Origin: Gnetum montanum
Taxonomy: Eukaryota; Plantae; Gnetophyta
Assembly (NCBI GenBank): GCA_015680685.1
Contig: MNCI01002098.1
Span: forward strand, 776,396-840,395
Direction: 5' to 3'
Length of the DNA: 64,000 nt
The notes beneath the pieces are model-generated. The model did no database searches. It saw only the letters and a program-made list of their open reading frames with translations, and was not told the origin of the DNA. Shown piece after piece: positions 12,201 to 26,330 of this stretch (within the stretch, counting starts at the first letter, position 1; each line of letters begins with the position of its first letter). A program made the translations under genes and the position numbers.

Positions 12201-14755
12201 TGCAAATGATTTAATGAGAAAATCCATTTTACCTTGTGTAGTTCTAGTAGTACTTGTACCAATGAAGTATAGTAAATAATGGAAAATGTGCATTGATTCA
12301 AAGACAATGAATAGAATAATAGTGAGGTACTAGTTTTCTCTTCCAAGAATGAATGATATTTTTTCTATCCTTACCAATATATATGTTTTTAGTAAAATTG
12401 ATTTGAAGAGTGGATATCATTAGATTTGGATTAGGCTAGGTGATGAATGAAAGGTAACTTTCAAAAAAATAGCTAAATTGTTTTAAGTGGTTTGTGATGC
12501 TATTTGAACTAACAAATGCACCTGCTACATTCATGAGGTTGATGCATAATGTTCTTAAGAATTTTATTTATAAGTTTTGTATTGTCTTCTTTGATGATAT
12601 TTTGGTGTAGAGCTCTAATAAGAAGGAGCACTTGGATCACTTAAGGAGAGTGTGTGTTAAAGTGAAGGAAGCACATTTGGTGATCAATGTAAAGAAGAGC
12701 CATTTCTTCAAAATGGAGATCACATATTTGGGACATGTGATTTCTAAAAATTAAATTTGGATGGAAGATACAAAGGTAAGGGATATTAGAGATTGGCCAA
12801 CCCTTAAAAATGTTAGGAAGGTAAGATCATTTCTTAGCTTAGTAAGTTTTTATAGGTCATTCACAAAAAAATTCAATGGTATTTGTTGGCCTATATTTTC
12901 TTTTCTTAAGAAGAATCAAGATTTCAAGTAGGGAGATGAGACCCAAAGAAGCTTTGACTTATTGAAGGAAAAAAAAACTAGGGAACCAATGTTTGCAATA
13001 CCATATTTCCAAAAGCTTTTTTAGTGGAGATGAATGAAAATGAACTTTTCATTAGAGGAGTGCTTTAATAAGAAGGTAGGTCAATTTCTTTCCTTTCAAA
13101 AAATTTGAATGATTCAAGATAGAAATATAGCATATATGAGAAGGCATTATATGCTATTCTTCATGCAATCAAGCATTGGAGGCATTACTTGTTGCCCAAT
13201 GAGTTTACCTTGCTGATAGACCACAACTCACTTCAATTCCTCAATTCCCAAAAGAAGTTAAGTGCTAAACATATGAAGTGGATGGCACAATTTCATGAGT
13301 TAAATTTTATACTCAAGCACAAGAGTGAAAAAGGTAATGTAATGGTTGATGCATTGTCTAGGATGCATGTGGTGAATTTTGGAATGCCTCAAGTATAAGG
13401 TATGAATGATTTTGCTTATTTGTATGCACATGATTGTGATTTTCGGTAGGTTTGGAGAAGCCTCAAAGAATCATTGTTTAGTATGATAGAAAAATGGAGG
13501 AACTATCATATTCAAGATGAATTTTTATTCAAAAATATGAAGTTCGGTATTTCCAATTATGATTTTAAAAGAAAAATTTTAGTTGAAAAGCATAGTCATG
13601 GCATGGTAAGTCATATGGGTAAAGATAATACATTGATGATTATGCGTAGGTACTATTTTTGGCCTAGATTGGAATTTGAAGTTTCCAAATTTATAAAGGA
13701 ATGTTTAACATATCATAAATTCAAAGGAAGTAAAGGACTAGATGGGCTTCAAGCACTCATGGAGTGAAAGGCCTGAGTATTTAATCCATTGGAAGAATTA
13801 AACTATAGATGATGTTGTCTGGGTTCATGAGACCAAACTTGTTAAGTGGGGCATCACTTGTACCCCCAATTCCCATGTTTACTTGAGTTCACTTGTTGAA
13901 GGGTAGAAGAGCTACTATAAGGACATCTCTTCTTAGCCCCTTTTCATTTTTACAGGTTGTCGATTGTAGGTTTTGAGAAGCTAGGAAGATGTCTTGGAGA
14001 TCAAATAGATGTTTGGACCAAGATATAATATGTCATAGGAGATAGCGCAAGTGGTTGGTAGATGTCTTGTTTAGAAAGGAGATGTCTTATCTTGGCTAGA
14101 CGCATCTCTGGGGAGACATCTATCCTAGGTAGGATATGTCTCTATTGAGATGTCTTACCCTAGAAGGAGACATCTCACCAAGCCTATAGAAATCCCATAA
14201 AATTGATGAAAGTTCTAAGTTGGTAGTTCTAAGTTAGGAAATATCCTAAAAAGATGAGAAGAACAAAAATGAAAATAATTGAGAATCTCCATGTTGATCA
14301 TAGGAAAGGTTTTTTCTAAGGTTCTCTTGAATTTAATAAATATTATTGTGTGTTTCTATGTTTTATCATGAGATGAAATGAGCATTAAGTACTTGAGATT
14401 TGGAAGAAAGATTGCATAAGTATGAGTGCATATCTATAGTCAATTTTGTATGTTTGGCCATTGTAGCTCTTTGTGGGTGTTGGATCTTCATTCTGTGCTA
14501 TGCAAGAAATCTACTGCAATTGTGTTTTACATTGAGATCAATCATTTTGTAGTTGTAGAGCCTCATGCTTAGCAATATTGTTGAGGGTGTGAATGATTTA
14601 TGTTATTTTTGGGTTGTTGAACTATTGTAATTGTAATCTTCTTTAAATTAATTAAAGATATCCAGTCTTCTTGTTTTCTAACAAATAAATTATCTTCATA
14701 CATTCTAGATTCAGTGTATGTTTGAAGGGTTAAAGAAAAATGGAATGATATTTCT
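9230..14755 (+). mobile_element. Degenerate Ty3/gypsy chromovirus LTR retrotransposon
   Basis: LTRs at ~9230-10085 and ~13916-14755; TSD CTAGG (9225-9229, 14756-14760); purine tract ~13898-13911. Order is gag (SKFKGMTFTWW), knuckle (CEKWGYKQWKCP), PR (FVDGGAQENFIS), RT (FSKIDLKSGYH, FFDDILV), RNase H (IDHNSL, DALSR), INT zinc finger, chromodomain. Confidence 0.9.
10600..13840 (+). pseudogene. gag-pol pseudogene of the chromovirus; integrase core deleted, chromodomain retained
   Basis: Domain motifs are in gypsy order with many stops and frameshifts. EYLIHWKN*TIDDVVWVHE at ~13775-13832 follows the INT zinc-finger region by only ~40 bp. Confidence 0.85.
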
Positions 14756-14895
14756 CTAGGATCAAAAATTATGAGGTACTCATGGAAAGAGATCATAAAT
14801 CATGGTTAAAAAAGTTCAAAACTTTCTGCCTCTAGCCTTCTCTGCAAATTTTAAAATGCCTATAAGTTATGGTTGACTCTATTGACCTTTTGCTA

Positions 14896-15884
14896 TGTCA
14901 GAACCTTAGAAAATAGAGAAGCTAGAAATGTGGTTGTAATCTTGCAATGCTAAGAAAGAAAAATTTGATAAGATGATTAAGTAAGTTCTTTGAAACAAGA
15001 GCTAAGACAACGAACAAGAGGTGAGCTAAAATAAGAGCTAAACAAGGATGAAAAAATAAGAGCTAAACTAGGATGATGAAATGAGAGATGGAATAACAAA
15101 ATAGGAGCTGAGATGAAAATAGAGTCCATAAGTCAAATGAAGATATTCTAAGGTCTACCAAGATGTCAAAATTTCAAAGAAATGGTCCAGAGTTCAAATT
15201 TCACTTGTAGGCCAGACATCCTAGATTGATAGCAGACATTCCAATTGTTGTTGGGACATCCCAAGGGAGACATCCTAATTTTCTATGGGACATCCCATCA
15301 AAGTAGAAGTTGTTTACATGAAGACATTTCAACCTCGAATGGGGCATCCTAATTAGCCATTTCCTAGCTATTGCACAAATTCCAAGGAGTTTTTGGAACC
15401 TAAAGCACTATAAAACAAAGTGGAATTCTTAGGGAGAAAACACTATTCATCTTGGAATATTTATCATTATCTCCATCAAGTGGATTGGCTTTGTTCCTCA
15501 TGGTGTTCATCATTTGTGAATTGTTATGAATCATTGTATGTATCGAGAGCTTTATTGCAAGGAATTTGTAAAGTAAGTTATAGGGTTGATGTGCTTCCTG
15601 CACGAAAGCATCTTCATTGAGCTTGTTAGGAACTTGTGGGGTTAAGTGTGTTCACAGTGACAAAACACTCTAGTATAGAGCTCAAATATTGTAAAGGTTG
15701 TGGTGTCCTTTAAGCCACATTTTTGAAGGAACAAATTCCAAAGGTGTGTAAGGATTCTACCCTCTAAGTGTGGACATACCTAAGTTGAGGAACCATGTAA
15801 ATTTGTGTGCATTTTTGGTTTTCTTGGTTGTGTGAATTGGAAAACTTATTCAACCCCCTTGTAAGTTCTTGATCCACAAACTCA
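14896..15884 (+). mobile_element. Solo LTR (copia/Sirevirus-like 3' end)
   Basis: TG...CA termini and a perfect TSD TGCTA (14891-14895, 15885-15889). Internal agagctaa and gacatcc repeats. ttattcaacccccttg lies near the 3' end. Confidence 0.75.
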
Positions 15885-15964
15885 TGCTATAATACCATAA
15901 CTCATGGTCTATAAAAATAGTATATTTTTCCTTATTTGCAATGCTGTGACTCTTAGTGAGGTCA

Positions 15965-16956
15965 TGATATATCTTTAAGGATACCATAAATTGTGGTCAA
16001 ATTGTGGTATAATTTGGGTGCTAAAATTAATCTTGAAAAGATGATGGAATAGAGCATTGATTGATCTAGGTTGGTAGAGGATGAAATGGATGTTTGAATA
16101 GTAGTGAAAAAAGCCTAAAATGGCTTAGATTAGAGGCCTCATACATGACTTGAAGAGCTAAGTTAAACTTTTAGTAAAACATGCTTTCTTAAACATCAAT
16201 GAATATTTGGTTCACCAAGAAAATCCTTCTTCAACTAAAATTTCTTTTGATGGACTTATAACCACAAGAAATTGACAAAGTACATCAACAAAGATTGATA
16301 TTCAAATAAGATCTTTTTCTTTCTTCTCTTGATTGATAATAGAGATGATATTGAATTGGAATAAGGTTGAAATTGATGAAAATAATGAGAAATTGAAATT
16401 TAATTGAAATAGATGAAACTAAATGAGATAATTAAGACACAAATATGAAGGAAAATACTTGACTTATTCTATTTCTTTAAGCTTCAATCTTACATAAGTG
16501 AAGTTTGCTTGAAATGCCTCAAGTTTGATCATAGCTCATACATAGAATATATAGAAAAGTAAGGAGGTGCTTGGGAGCATATCCAAATATAATCATGACT
16601 ATAAATAACCCATATAATGAGAGGAGACTTGTGGTTCCAACTCATGTGGGAATGTCACTTATGGACTTCATGTGGCTCCAACAAAGAAGGAATGACCACA
16701 TAGGGCCTTGGGTGGTCCCAAGGGTGAGATGTGTGACATGTATCATTGGAGAACCTACATTTAACTTTACATTGACTTCTTCTTTTCTTTCATTTTTTAA
16801 ATAGAAAATTATATCATATGGCATATTACATAAGGACATAGAGACATGGACCTACTTATATGACTTAACAACAACATGGAAAATAAATAACTTTTACATC
16901 GATATGGAAAATAAAATTTACATGAGCATAGTACATATTAGGCTCCAAATATTTTC
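15965..16956. mobile_element. LTR copy (uninterrupted homologue of 1-202/7400-7494)
   Basis: Clear similarity over ~16650-16956. The left boundary is a guess from a tgatat terminus; no TSD was found. Confidence 0.5.
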
Positions 16957-16974
16957 ATTTATTGGAATTATAAT

Positions 16975-16993
16975 TGTGTGTGTGTGTGTGTGT
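16975..16993. repeat. (TG)n microsatellite
   Basis: Run of tg dinucleotides. Confidence 0.9.
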
Positions 16994-19900
16994 ATCTTGC
17001 TTGTGGCTATGCATAGTGGATCTCTTGAAGGTTTTTTGGTTAGCTAAGCATTGCTCCAACTTGATCTCTCAAGGTAGAGGAAATGTTCTTACTTTTACCA
17101 CTTTTTTCTAAAGCTCAACCCTCTTTGAAATTATCTTATTAATTAAATTTTTTCTATTACTATAATCATTTTTTATTATTTTTATTACTATAATTCATCA
17201 TTTTCATAATTTTTCCTTTTATTTTCTGACTTTTCTAGCATCTTGTATCATCATCTTTTGACTGCAATGGTAGAGGCAGTCTTACTAGACATTACAATTT
17301 AAGGTCATAATGAAACTAAGCATTGAGATGAAATCTTGTGTATGTGATGTTTTGTGGAAATGATAACATTTGACGATGATTTCTAGTAGACATTTTGGAC
17401 ATGTATGGATGCATTCAAAGTATTGAAAAGCTAGGAAGGAATGATTAGTTTATTAATATTAGTTGATCAATCAAGAAAAGTTGAGGTTGGAGCTAGTCCA
17501 ACAACTTAGAGGCATGTAGTCAGTATCAATAGAGTTTCATTAACTAACATGATTTGTAAGAAGACAATACATGAATAGCTAGTAAGTTGATGTTAGGGAT
17601 GGTCCATGACTTACAAAAAATAGTTAGTATCAAATCTTGATAAGGATAATAATGGGAAGATAGAGCATTAGGATAGCTATATGGTTAATAATAGTAATAG
17701 TAATAAAAATTATACAACTATTGGACATTCATGAGGGTGATCTAAAGGGGTAAGGTTCTCAAGAAAGAGGCCTTAATGGCTAATTTAAGTTAGTATCAAC
17801 CTTATAGTTATTTTAATATCTAATGTTGTAAACTTCACAAGAATATCATAGGTAGTGAGAATCATGGATTAATGATAGGTTATTACACTAATGACAATGG
17901 TAATGATATTAGTTGACAAATAAGTTAATGACTTATGGTTTGATTAATGAATTTGTTAATCAAAGCTACTATGGAATCTAATAGTATGCTTTGTACCATG
18001 GGCCTCATCTTCCAACTTTGTTCTAATTGGCACTAAGATGATTTCCTCTACCATGAAGGTATTCTAATTAGTCCTACATGTGTTTTATGTAGATTATTGT
18101 TGAAGGCTTGGATGGATTTTCTAAGTGATGGTGCAAATAGTAAACTGGAGTGCATGATGAGAGTGATAGAGACTAGATGGTGTATAACAAATAAAGGATT
18201 CAATCAATGTATTTTTTGGACCTATGTTATGAAATTTTAAAGTGACCTATGTGGTCATATTGTATCTCTTATAACTTTGTGCTTGAGATGTTGGTGTACA
18301 ATTATATCGATTTTGTTATATGCTAATGAGTGGTGAGGTACCCCTTACACTCAACCATACGAATCATAAGCATTCATGCATGATCCGGTCAAATTCTGTA
18401 GACCTTAAGACTTCAAGTACACTAGTTCTAGGAAGTGAAATCTAATCATTACAATTGATGTCTTTCCAGTTACAGTTATGAAATGCAAGGGTATGGTTAA
18501 GTGCAACTAAGGCATCTAATTTTTATTATTTTTAATGTTTTATCTTCTTGGTGCTTAAAATAAATGAATAAAGTAATTTTTAATGGCTAATTTAATATAA
18601 CTAATTAATCTCTAACTAATCCTAACATAAGTATCTAGTTCCACTTTCCGCACACATCCTAAACACATATAACGTTGCTAGGTTACCAAAAATTAAGTGT
18701 TGCTAGGATTACCAAGCATTATGTGCATGCTTAAAGTGATCATACTTATGTGCTTAATTAATTGCTCTTTAGCCTAGCTAACTTAGCTTAATTTAGCTTA
18801 ATTACTTGAAAGAATTAAATAAAATTGCATAAAACATTAAATGCATAAATAAAATATTTAATCTAGCTAAAGCAATGTAAGGTTTATTAGAAAGCTTGTC
18901 TTTATTGGTACACACACTGCCATGCTTAGGTACAATAGTGCTCAAATAAAGATCTATACATTCAATGAATCTTGCTATAGGAACTTGGAAAAATATTCTA
19001 ACTTTGGGGAAGAAAAACTACAAGAGCTCTCCTATGCTATGATAAAACATATGTCCAAACCATGTGCCCAAGTGTTATATTTATAGGCCAACACATATCT
19101 TGTGATAATAAATATCCAACATCACCTTTGAGCCCTTAATATCAAGTATTTGATATCAAGGATTCAATATTAAATCTAGACATAAAATAGTTCATCATAC
19201 CATACCCCTCTGACTAAATGAAAGCTTGTTCTCGAGTGAACAAAAAGAGGAAAAAGTTCCTTACAAAATATTGGGAAGGTATGAGATTATTGACTCACAT
19301 GCAAACTAGCTTAGATGGAACATATAGATTCTAAGTGTCCAAGTGTATGGATTTACAATCTTTTACATAATTGGATGTTCATGAAAATATAATTGAACAC
19401 CCTAGCTAAAACTCTCATCTAACACCTTTGGCAGCTAAAGAATGAGAGAGAAGATTCCATGATCATGAAGGATCCTCATCACATGGTGCTGTTCCTAATT
19501 CCATGGTGAAGATAGTCCCACCTTTAGTTCATGCTTCCAACCACAATCACAACAAAATCACAAATTAGTGTGCAATGTGTAACTTAGATCTTTTAGGTAC
19601 CTTGTCTCATTGGTAGTTACACTTGGCTAGGTTGAGATTATGGTGGATTAATTCCTTAAGAGTGTTGGTGAGAAAACTAAAAACTGGGGTGAAATGAATA
19701 AGTGGTCCATTACTAAATTTTAAAAAGCTAAAATGCAATGAAATACTTGAAGAGGGTTAAAGAATTCACAACAAAAAAAAGGAGGATTTCACTAAAAAAC
19801 ATTATGAAGATGCAAATAATTAGATGTCATTGATGGGGCACACAATAGTATTTGATTATGAGAATGTCTAAGGATAAAGAACTCAACTAACCCAACCAAA

Positions 19901-21129
19901 ATGTATGTAAGTGGGACCTTCCCAAAGTAGGCACATGTCCTTTGCTGCTCTTCATAACCTCAAACCAAGGAGTCTATGGGTGTCATGGGTGATTAATGGT
20001 TGCAGAATATTAATTATGAAAACCCAGAAGAAACTACCTTAGAAGTTTGACACATCAAACCAAGACATCAAACAACGTTATGAACACTAATAGTGAGCTG
20101 AAGTAAGGAAAAAATAAATGGATGAAAGAGAAAGTGGAATGGAATTCTTAATTAAGGTCACATTAAGTCTCTTATGAATTTTGTAGTTAAATGACTTGAT
20201 AAAATCCATCCTTAGTCCATACCAAAACCAACCATGTTCAATGACCTTGCATTTCCACTCTAAGACTGATCCACCCCCTTGAGACACAAGAGTGCTCCCA
20301 TAGAACAACCACTATTCCTTGTTTAAGAAGAAAAGACAAGCAGAAAGTGAGAAAGGGCCTTAGTTAGAGGGGATCTTCAAGCATGGGTAACATGTATTTC
20401 TAGTAACATAACTAGTGCTTTTAGACCATTTATCTTATTCAAGGGATGCATTTTGAATTCCCATCATTTTGTTTTTGAAATGGAAACCACACCATGCAAA
20501 GAGTTAATTAAATTTCTATTATTGGTTAACATGGAATGGTAAGAAATCCATGAAAACACTCATGCACCCAAGTAAGTAGAAGGGTACAAAGAGTATTGAG
20601 TCCCCTTAAAGTCACACCCTATTCAAACCTTTGAATCCTTTCCAACTTTGAAAACTACCCAAGTCACAAGTTCATTAAAGTTTTAGTTAAGGAAAAGGGA
20701 CCTCATACTTCCAAAATAGGGAAAAACATTTAGTTTGTAAATCAGTGGATGTTTTGGACTCACTGCCTATTTCATAAAAAAGAAACCATGTCTTAGTTAT
20801 CAGTAACAAAATTCAAAGCTAGAATCTAAACACCAATAATTAAATAACTGGATAGCACATGCCCACATCAAGCAAACCACATTATACCCAGTTGGTAATA
20901 AGGCACATTATTATTAGAACATAATAAGAAAATTGCACCATAATAAAGAAGAGTATACCATAAATTATAAAATATTAAAGAAAAACAATGTACTAATGAT
21001 CTTATAAAACAAAAAATAATGGTCTAAAATAGTAGACAATAGAAAAGCAAAAAGATGTAAAAATAACAAAGTGTAAAATATAAAAAGATGAGAAACTAAG
21101 GAGCCACTTATATGATTAGTATGGATGGC

Positions 21130-24100
21130 CATCTCTCCCATGACTAAGTTGAAAGCAGGAGATTTGAAAAATTGAGCATGGTTGTCCATCCATTAAGGTG
21201 TTGCTTCAATTGGCTTCCTTATACTCATGGAAAGGTTTGATTTGTTGCACGTTGAATTATTATTTTTTGTTTGGGCTCTCAAGTTTGTAGATTAACATGG
21301 CCCTAGAAGGAAAGGTTTCATAAAAGATATAAGGCCCTTCTCACAATATCTAAAACTTAGTTTGTTGAGGTATGTGTGTGGGGTTCTAGTAGAGGACTTT
21401 ATCTCCTTGTTGAAATTTGACTTTTCTAATTCTAAGGTCATGGCATTTTTTGTTAAATTCCTATGCAACTCATTAGATGATAGGACCACCAATCAGTTTT
21501 CATCTAGTAGGTTGAGATTTATTAATCTTTCTTTTTGTGCTAGACTTAACTCAAGGTCAAGGTCACAATCTATTGAAAGTATATAGAGCTCAAATTGAAT
21601 AGGAAGAGTTGACAATTTTCTATACACCAGCTCATAGGGAGAGTAGCCTATAGGAAGCTTCTAGGTGGTGCAATAGGCTTCGAGGGAATCATTGATTTTT
21701 ATGCTCTAGTCCTTCCTATATTTGCTAACTGTTCTCATTAGGATCTTTGTGATTTCCCTATTTGTAACCTTAGCTTTTCTATTGGCTTTAGGATGATAAT
21801 GTATTGCTAATTATGTTCAACTCCCAAGCATTGCATGAGATTCTAAAAGGTAGTGCTTGTAAAGTAGGTTCCATTATCAGAAATTAATGCACATGGCATA
21901 CCAAACCTATTTATAACATTTTGTTGTACAAACTAAGTAGTAGTAGAAGATGTATAGTTAGTGATGGATATTTCTTTTTCCCATTTTGTACAATAGTTAA
22001 TAACAACTATGATGTACACCTTTCCATTTGACATGGGTGTGATGGGACCCATTAAGTCAATGCCCTAGATATTAAAGAGTTCTAGTGGTGGAATCCACGA
22101 TTGGGGTTTCCCCATTAAAGCAATCATTCCACCATGATGTTGGCAATGTTAAAAAGAGCTAAAAAATTGGTGATCATCCTTGAAAAGTATTGGCCAATAA
22201 TATCCTACCATCACGATCTTAGTGGCCCTGCATCTCCTAGCATAGTGGCCTTTACAAGGACCCTCATGAGTATCTTGGAGAACATGCAATTGATCAACAT
22301 TAGGGATACACCATTGAACCAAGACATCAACACACACCTTGTATAGGTGCCCATTGATCTTCATGAAGTGTTTTACCTAGTGAAGAAATTGTCAATTCTT
22401 CCTAGAGTCTATAGCTCTTGTGACATCTCTAGAGCAAGAAGATAGTGAGAATGCCATTGCACCATTAAGGCATAGTGGGTAATTGTTCATTTATAGCCTT
22501 GACAAGGAGGAGTTCATTAGAAAATTGATTAGACAATGGGCTTTCCTCCTCTTTTTTATCCCATTGTAACTAGGATAAGTGGTCAATAATCACATTTTCA
22601 GTTCTTTTCTGATCTACCAACATAAGATCGAACTCCTACAAAATCACCAACCACCATATGACATAGGGGCTCACCATTGGCTTGTTCATTAGGAAGCAAA
22701 TTCCACTATGGTCTATGTGCATAAAAAATTTGTATCCAAGCACATAGTGCTTAAATTTCTCTAAGGCAAACACCACTACCATCAATTTGTTTTCTATGGT
22801 GGTGTAGTTTACCTATGCATTCAAAATGATTTGAATTGTATAGTGGATGTAATATGGATGTTTCTTATCATTGAATTGCATAAGCACAACCTCCTAGCCA
22901 TAATTTGATCCATCTTTCATGATGTGAAATGGTCTAGACCAATCGAGTGCCTGTAGAATGGGAGTTTCTACAAGTTCCTCCTTTAGTTGTTGGAATGCAT
23001 TTTCACATTTCTTAGCCCAAACAAATAGAGTATCTTTCTTTGTTAGCTTGACCAATGATTTTGTGATCNAAAATAGAGTATCTTTCTTTGTTAGCTTGAC
23101 CAATGATTTTGTGATCTTAGAAAAATTCTCTATGAATCACGGGTAGTAGCCAGTGTATCCAAGGAATGACCAAACATCTTTTACAATTTCTAGTTGATGG
23201 GTAATTCCTTGAATGACCCTAATCTTTTCAAGGTCAACATCAATTCCTTCTTGTGAGATTTTATGCCCCAATATAATACCTTCCTAGACCATCAGATGGA
23301 TCTTCTACCAACTAAGCCAAAGATTGGTCTCCACACATCTTTGGATCACTTGCTCAAGAAAGTCCAAAGCTTACTTAATGTAGCCCCATAGGTGGAGAAG
23401 TTATCCATGAAGACTTCTATCTTGCTATTGAAAAATAATCAAGACCAGGCATTGGAATGTGGCAGGGGCATTGCATAAGCCAAATGGCATCCTTCAGTAC
23501 ACAAAAGCTTTCTAGGGACTCATCAAAGTTGTTCTAGCTTGATCCTCTAGTGCGATCTAGATTTGGTTACAACCACTATAACCATCTAGAAAATTGTAAT
23601 AGTAAGGTCCAAATATGGTGTCCAACAGCCGATTCACAAATGACAATGAAAAGTGATCTTTAAATGTTGTCATATTTAATAATCGGAAGTTAATGTAGAC
23701 CCACCACTTGCCACCTTTCTTTGGCACAATCACAAGTGCGCTAATCCACTCACTATCTGCAATGGGATAGATAAACCCTACCTTGAGGAGTTGTTCAATT
23801 CCCTCTTTGAAAATCTACTTTAATTTAGGGTTCAATCACTTCTATGGCTACCTCTTTGGCTTCATGGCCGAGTTAGTGTAGATATGATGCTAGCATATTC
23901 TAGGATCAATCTATGTGATTTTAGGATATAACCAAGCAAAGGTTGTTGGCCATTTTTTGACCACATTTAGAAACATCTATTTTTGTTTAGGAGAAAGATT
24001 TGCATTAATTATTACCAATTGACCATTTTTCAAGAATGCATATTCCATGCTAATAGGTAGAGTTTTTAACTTAGGGGGCTCTTGTTTAAAATTTTTAGGA

Positions 24101-24790
24101 ATTTCCAACTCTCTCCAATAGGTNATCTTGTTTAAAATTTTTAGGAATTTCCAACTCTCTCCAATAGGTATCATCATTTGCATCAGAAGATAGTTGGTGA
24201 TGAACTTGCTCTAATTCATCCATGCCTTCTACGTAGGCACATGTTAGGCTCTTAATAGGTTCCATGCAAAGTATCCTGATTCCACAATCAACTATCAACC
24301 ACTAGGTGTCCTCCTACTTTATGGTTGTTTCATATAGGCACTTTTAAATTTTAGATATATTAGCACACTAACTACATGCTTTGATAGCTACACTATTGAT
24401 GACCAATAGTTTGTACACACAATTGCACCCTATATCACGATACGCAATACATGGAACTTTCTTTCTCTCAATATTTTTGAATGCATTTTCTTTAAATATT
24501 TTAAAGGAAAGATCTTAGATCCCTAATCGTGCATCAACAGTACTCAACCAAGTCATTCCCATGATGATTGAGAAGTCCCCCTTAGGATTGCCAACTTGGA
24601 TTACTAGGAAATTGATGGGGTAGGACCACCCACAAATGGTGGTCACAATGTTCTCCACTAGTCCCAAGGGAATAGTGATGGACCGATCAACCAACTTGAG
24701 ACTAATGTTACTCTTCTTAAGTGGAGGTAAGTTCCAAGCCTTATACATCTCATGGGAAATCAAATTAATACCATGATTTGAAGGTAAATA
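21130..24790 (-). pseudogene. pol pseudogene of element A (PR-RT-RNase H-INT)
   Basis: PR 24515-24763; RT with FLDGYSG and VFMDNF (~23395-23414); RNase H DWSRPFHIMKDGS; INT zinc finger HEGPCKGHY...GYYWP (22149-22364); INT core IDLMGP / ISDNG. Many stops. Confidence 0.88.
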
Positions 24791-26222
24791 ATGGGACTTA
24801 CAGGATTAGATAGTTTTCTCGGAAGGTGACTAGCCTTTATCCAATCAGTTATTGCATGATTTAACATGACAGTATGCACTTTGGAAGGTGTTTGATTTGA
24901 AGGGGACTTAAATTGATTAGATGTAGAGGAAGATGGAGAAGCAGGTTTACTAGTTGTAAGTGTATGTAAGGGTTTAGTTAGGTTGTTGGATCAAAAGAAA
25001 GCTATTTTTTGTGATCTAAATTCTAAAGCACTTAGCTAAGGAGTTGGTTGTAAGTTAATAGCTCTCATTACATTGTGTTTTTGTGACTAAGGAAAATTTT
25101 CTTCCTACATCGATGGAGTAGGTGATAACTAGGTTGAGGATGGAGGGACATATCTAGAAGTATGAGGAGGGTAATATGGATGTGAGATTTCCACTCTAGT
25201 AGATGGAAAATGAGTTCTGTAATACTCTAAAGGGTAGTAGTGATGTTGGAAGGTGGCATGATTGGAAGAGTCACATGGAGGAATGGGTTGTTGAACATAG
25301 TATCTGATGAGTGGCGAGGTACCCCTACACTCCACCATACGAATATGAGTGTACACGCGCAATCCGGTCGAACTCCGCAGACTAAATGCCTTAACGCCAC
25401 AAGAAACACTTGGGGTTAATCGTTTGTTGTCTTCCCAGGCTTTCTTGTATGTGTCACGGTGTATGGTTAAGCAAGTCNNNNNNNNNNNNNNNNNNNNNNN
25501 NNNNNNNNNNNNNNNNNNNNNNNNNNNNNNNNNNNNNNNNNNNNNNNNNNNNNNNNNNNNNNNNNNNNNNNNNNNNNNNNNNNNNNNNNNNNNNNNNNNN
25601 NNNNNNNNNNNNNNNNNNNNNNNNNNNNNNNNNNNNNNNNNNNNNNNNNNNNNNNNNNNNNNNNNNNNNNNNNNNNNNNNNNNNNNNNNNNNNNNNNNNN
25701 NNNNNNNNNNNNNNNNNNNNNNNNNNNNNNNNNNNNNNNNNNNNNNNNNNNNNNNNNNNNNNNNNNNNNNNNNNNNNNNNNNNNNNNNNNNNNNNNNNNN
25801 NNNNNNNNNNNNNNNNNNNNNNNNNNNNNNNNNNNNNNNNNNNNNNNNNNNNNNNNNNNNNNNNNNNNNNNNNNNNNNNNNNNNNNNNNNNNNNNNNNNN
25901 NNNNNNNNNNNNNNNNNNNNNNNNNNNNNNNNNNNNNNNNNNNNNNNNNNNNNNNNNNNNNNNNNNNNNNNNNNNNNNNNNNNNNNNNNNNNNNNNNNNN
26001 NNNNNNNNNNNNNNNNNNNNNNNNNNNNNNNNNNNNNNNNNNNNNNNNNNNNNNNNNNNNNNNNNNNNNNNNNNNNNNNNNNNNNNNNNNNNNNNNNNNN
26101 NNNNNNNNNNNNNNNNNNNNNNNNNNNNNNNNNNNNNNNNNNNNNNNNNNNNNNNNNNNNNNNNNNNNNNATTGGGAAATGAAGGGAGTGCCGCCTCTTA
26201 TTTATAGATATGGCGGTGGGAC

Positions 26223-26330
26223 GCGATATCGCGTACGCGATATCGCAGGGTAAGACGCGATATGGCGTACGCGATATCACATGGGATGCAATATCGCAGG
26301 GTAGTACGCGATATCGCATACCCGATATCG
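26223..26330. repeat. Array of GATATC(GC) palindromes in LTR U3 next to the TATA box
   Basis: Perfect 24-bp palindrome gcgatatcgcgtacgcgatatcgc at 26223-26246. Related arrays at 32368-32408 and 59520-59610. Confidence 0.9.

Larger units (their letters stand above)
8150..14890 (+). mobile_element. Ty1/copia remnant (gag, zinc knuckle, protease-adjacent region) interrupted by the chromovirus
   Basis: KKNVLAKMIKYSSL..IRAKII..AKTYWD..EYHG resembles copia Gag (UBN2-type). Knuckle PRCKKYGNLKEHC at ~8920-8962. DVFYVP at ~9165-9185. Removing 9230-14760 restores FNKENIITRIKNYEVLMER. Confidence 0.6.

Noticed and set aside
1-16956. 1-7494 and ~15965-16956 as the paired LTRs of one element
   Set aside because: No PBS/PPT adjoining them and no matching internal region were found; the sequence between consists of unrelated nested elements.
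19280-19540. Possible accessory ORF in the 3' region of element A
   Set aside because: Multiple stops in the frames examined and no visible similarity to D's accessory ORF.
23023-23117. Exact ~45-bp tandem duplication in pol of A
   Set aside because: The copies are separated by a single n: a contig-overlap artefact.
24079-24169. Second exact ~45-bp duplication in A
   Set aside because: Also split by a single n; assembly artefact.
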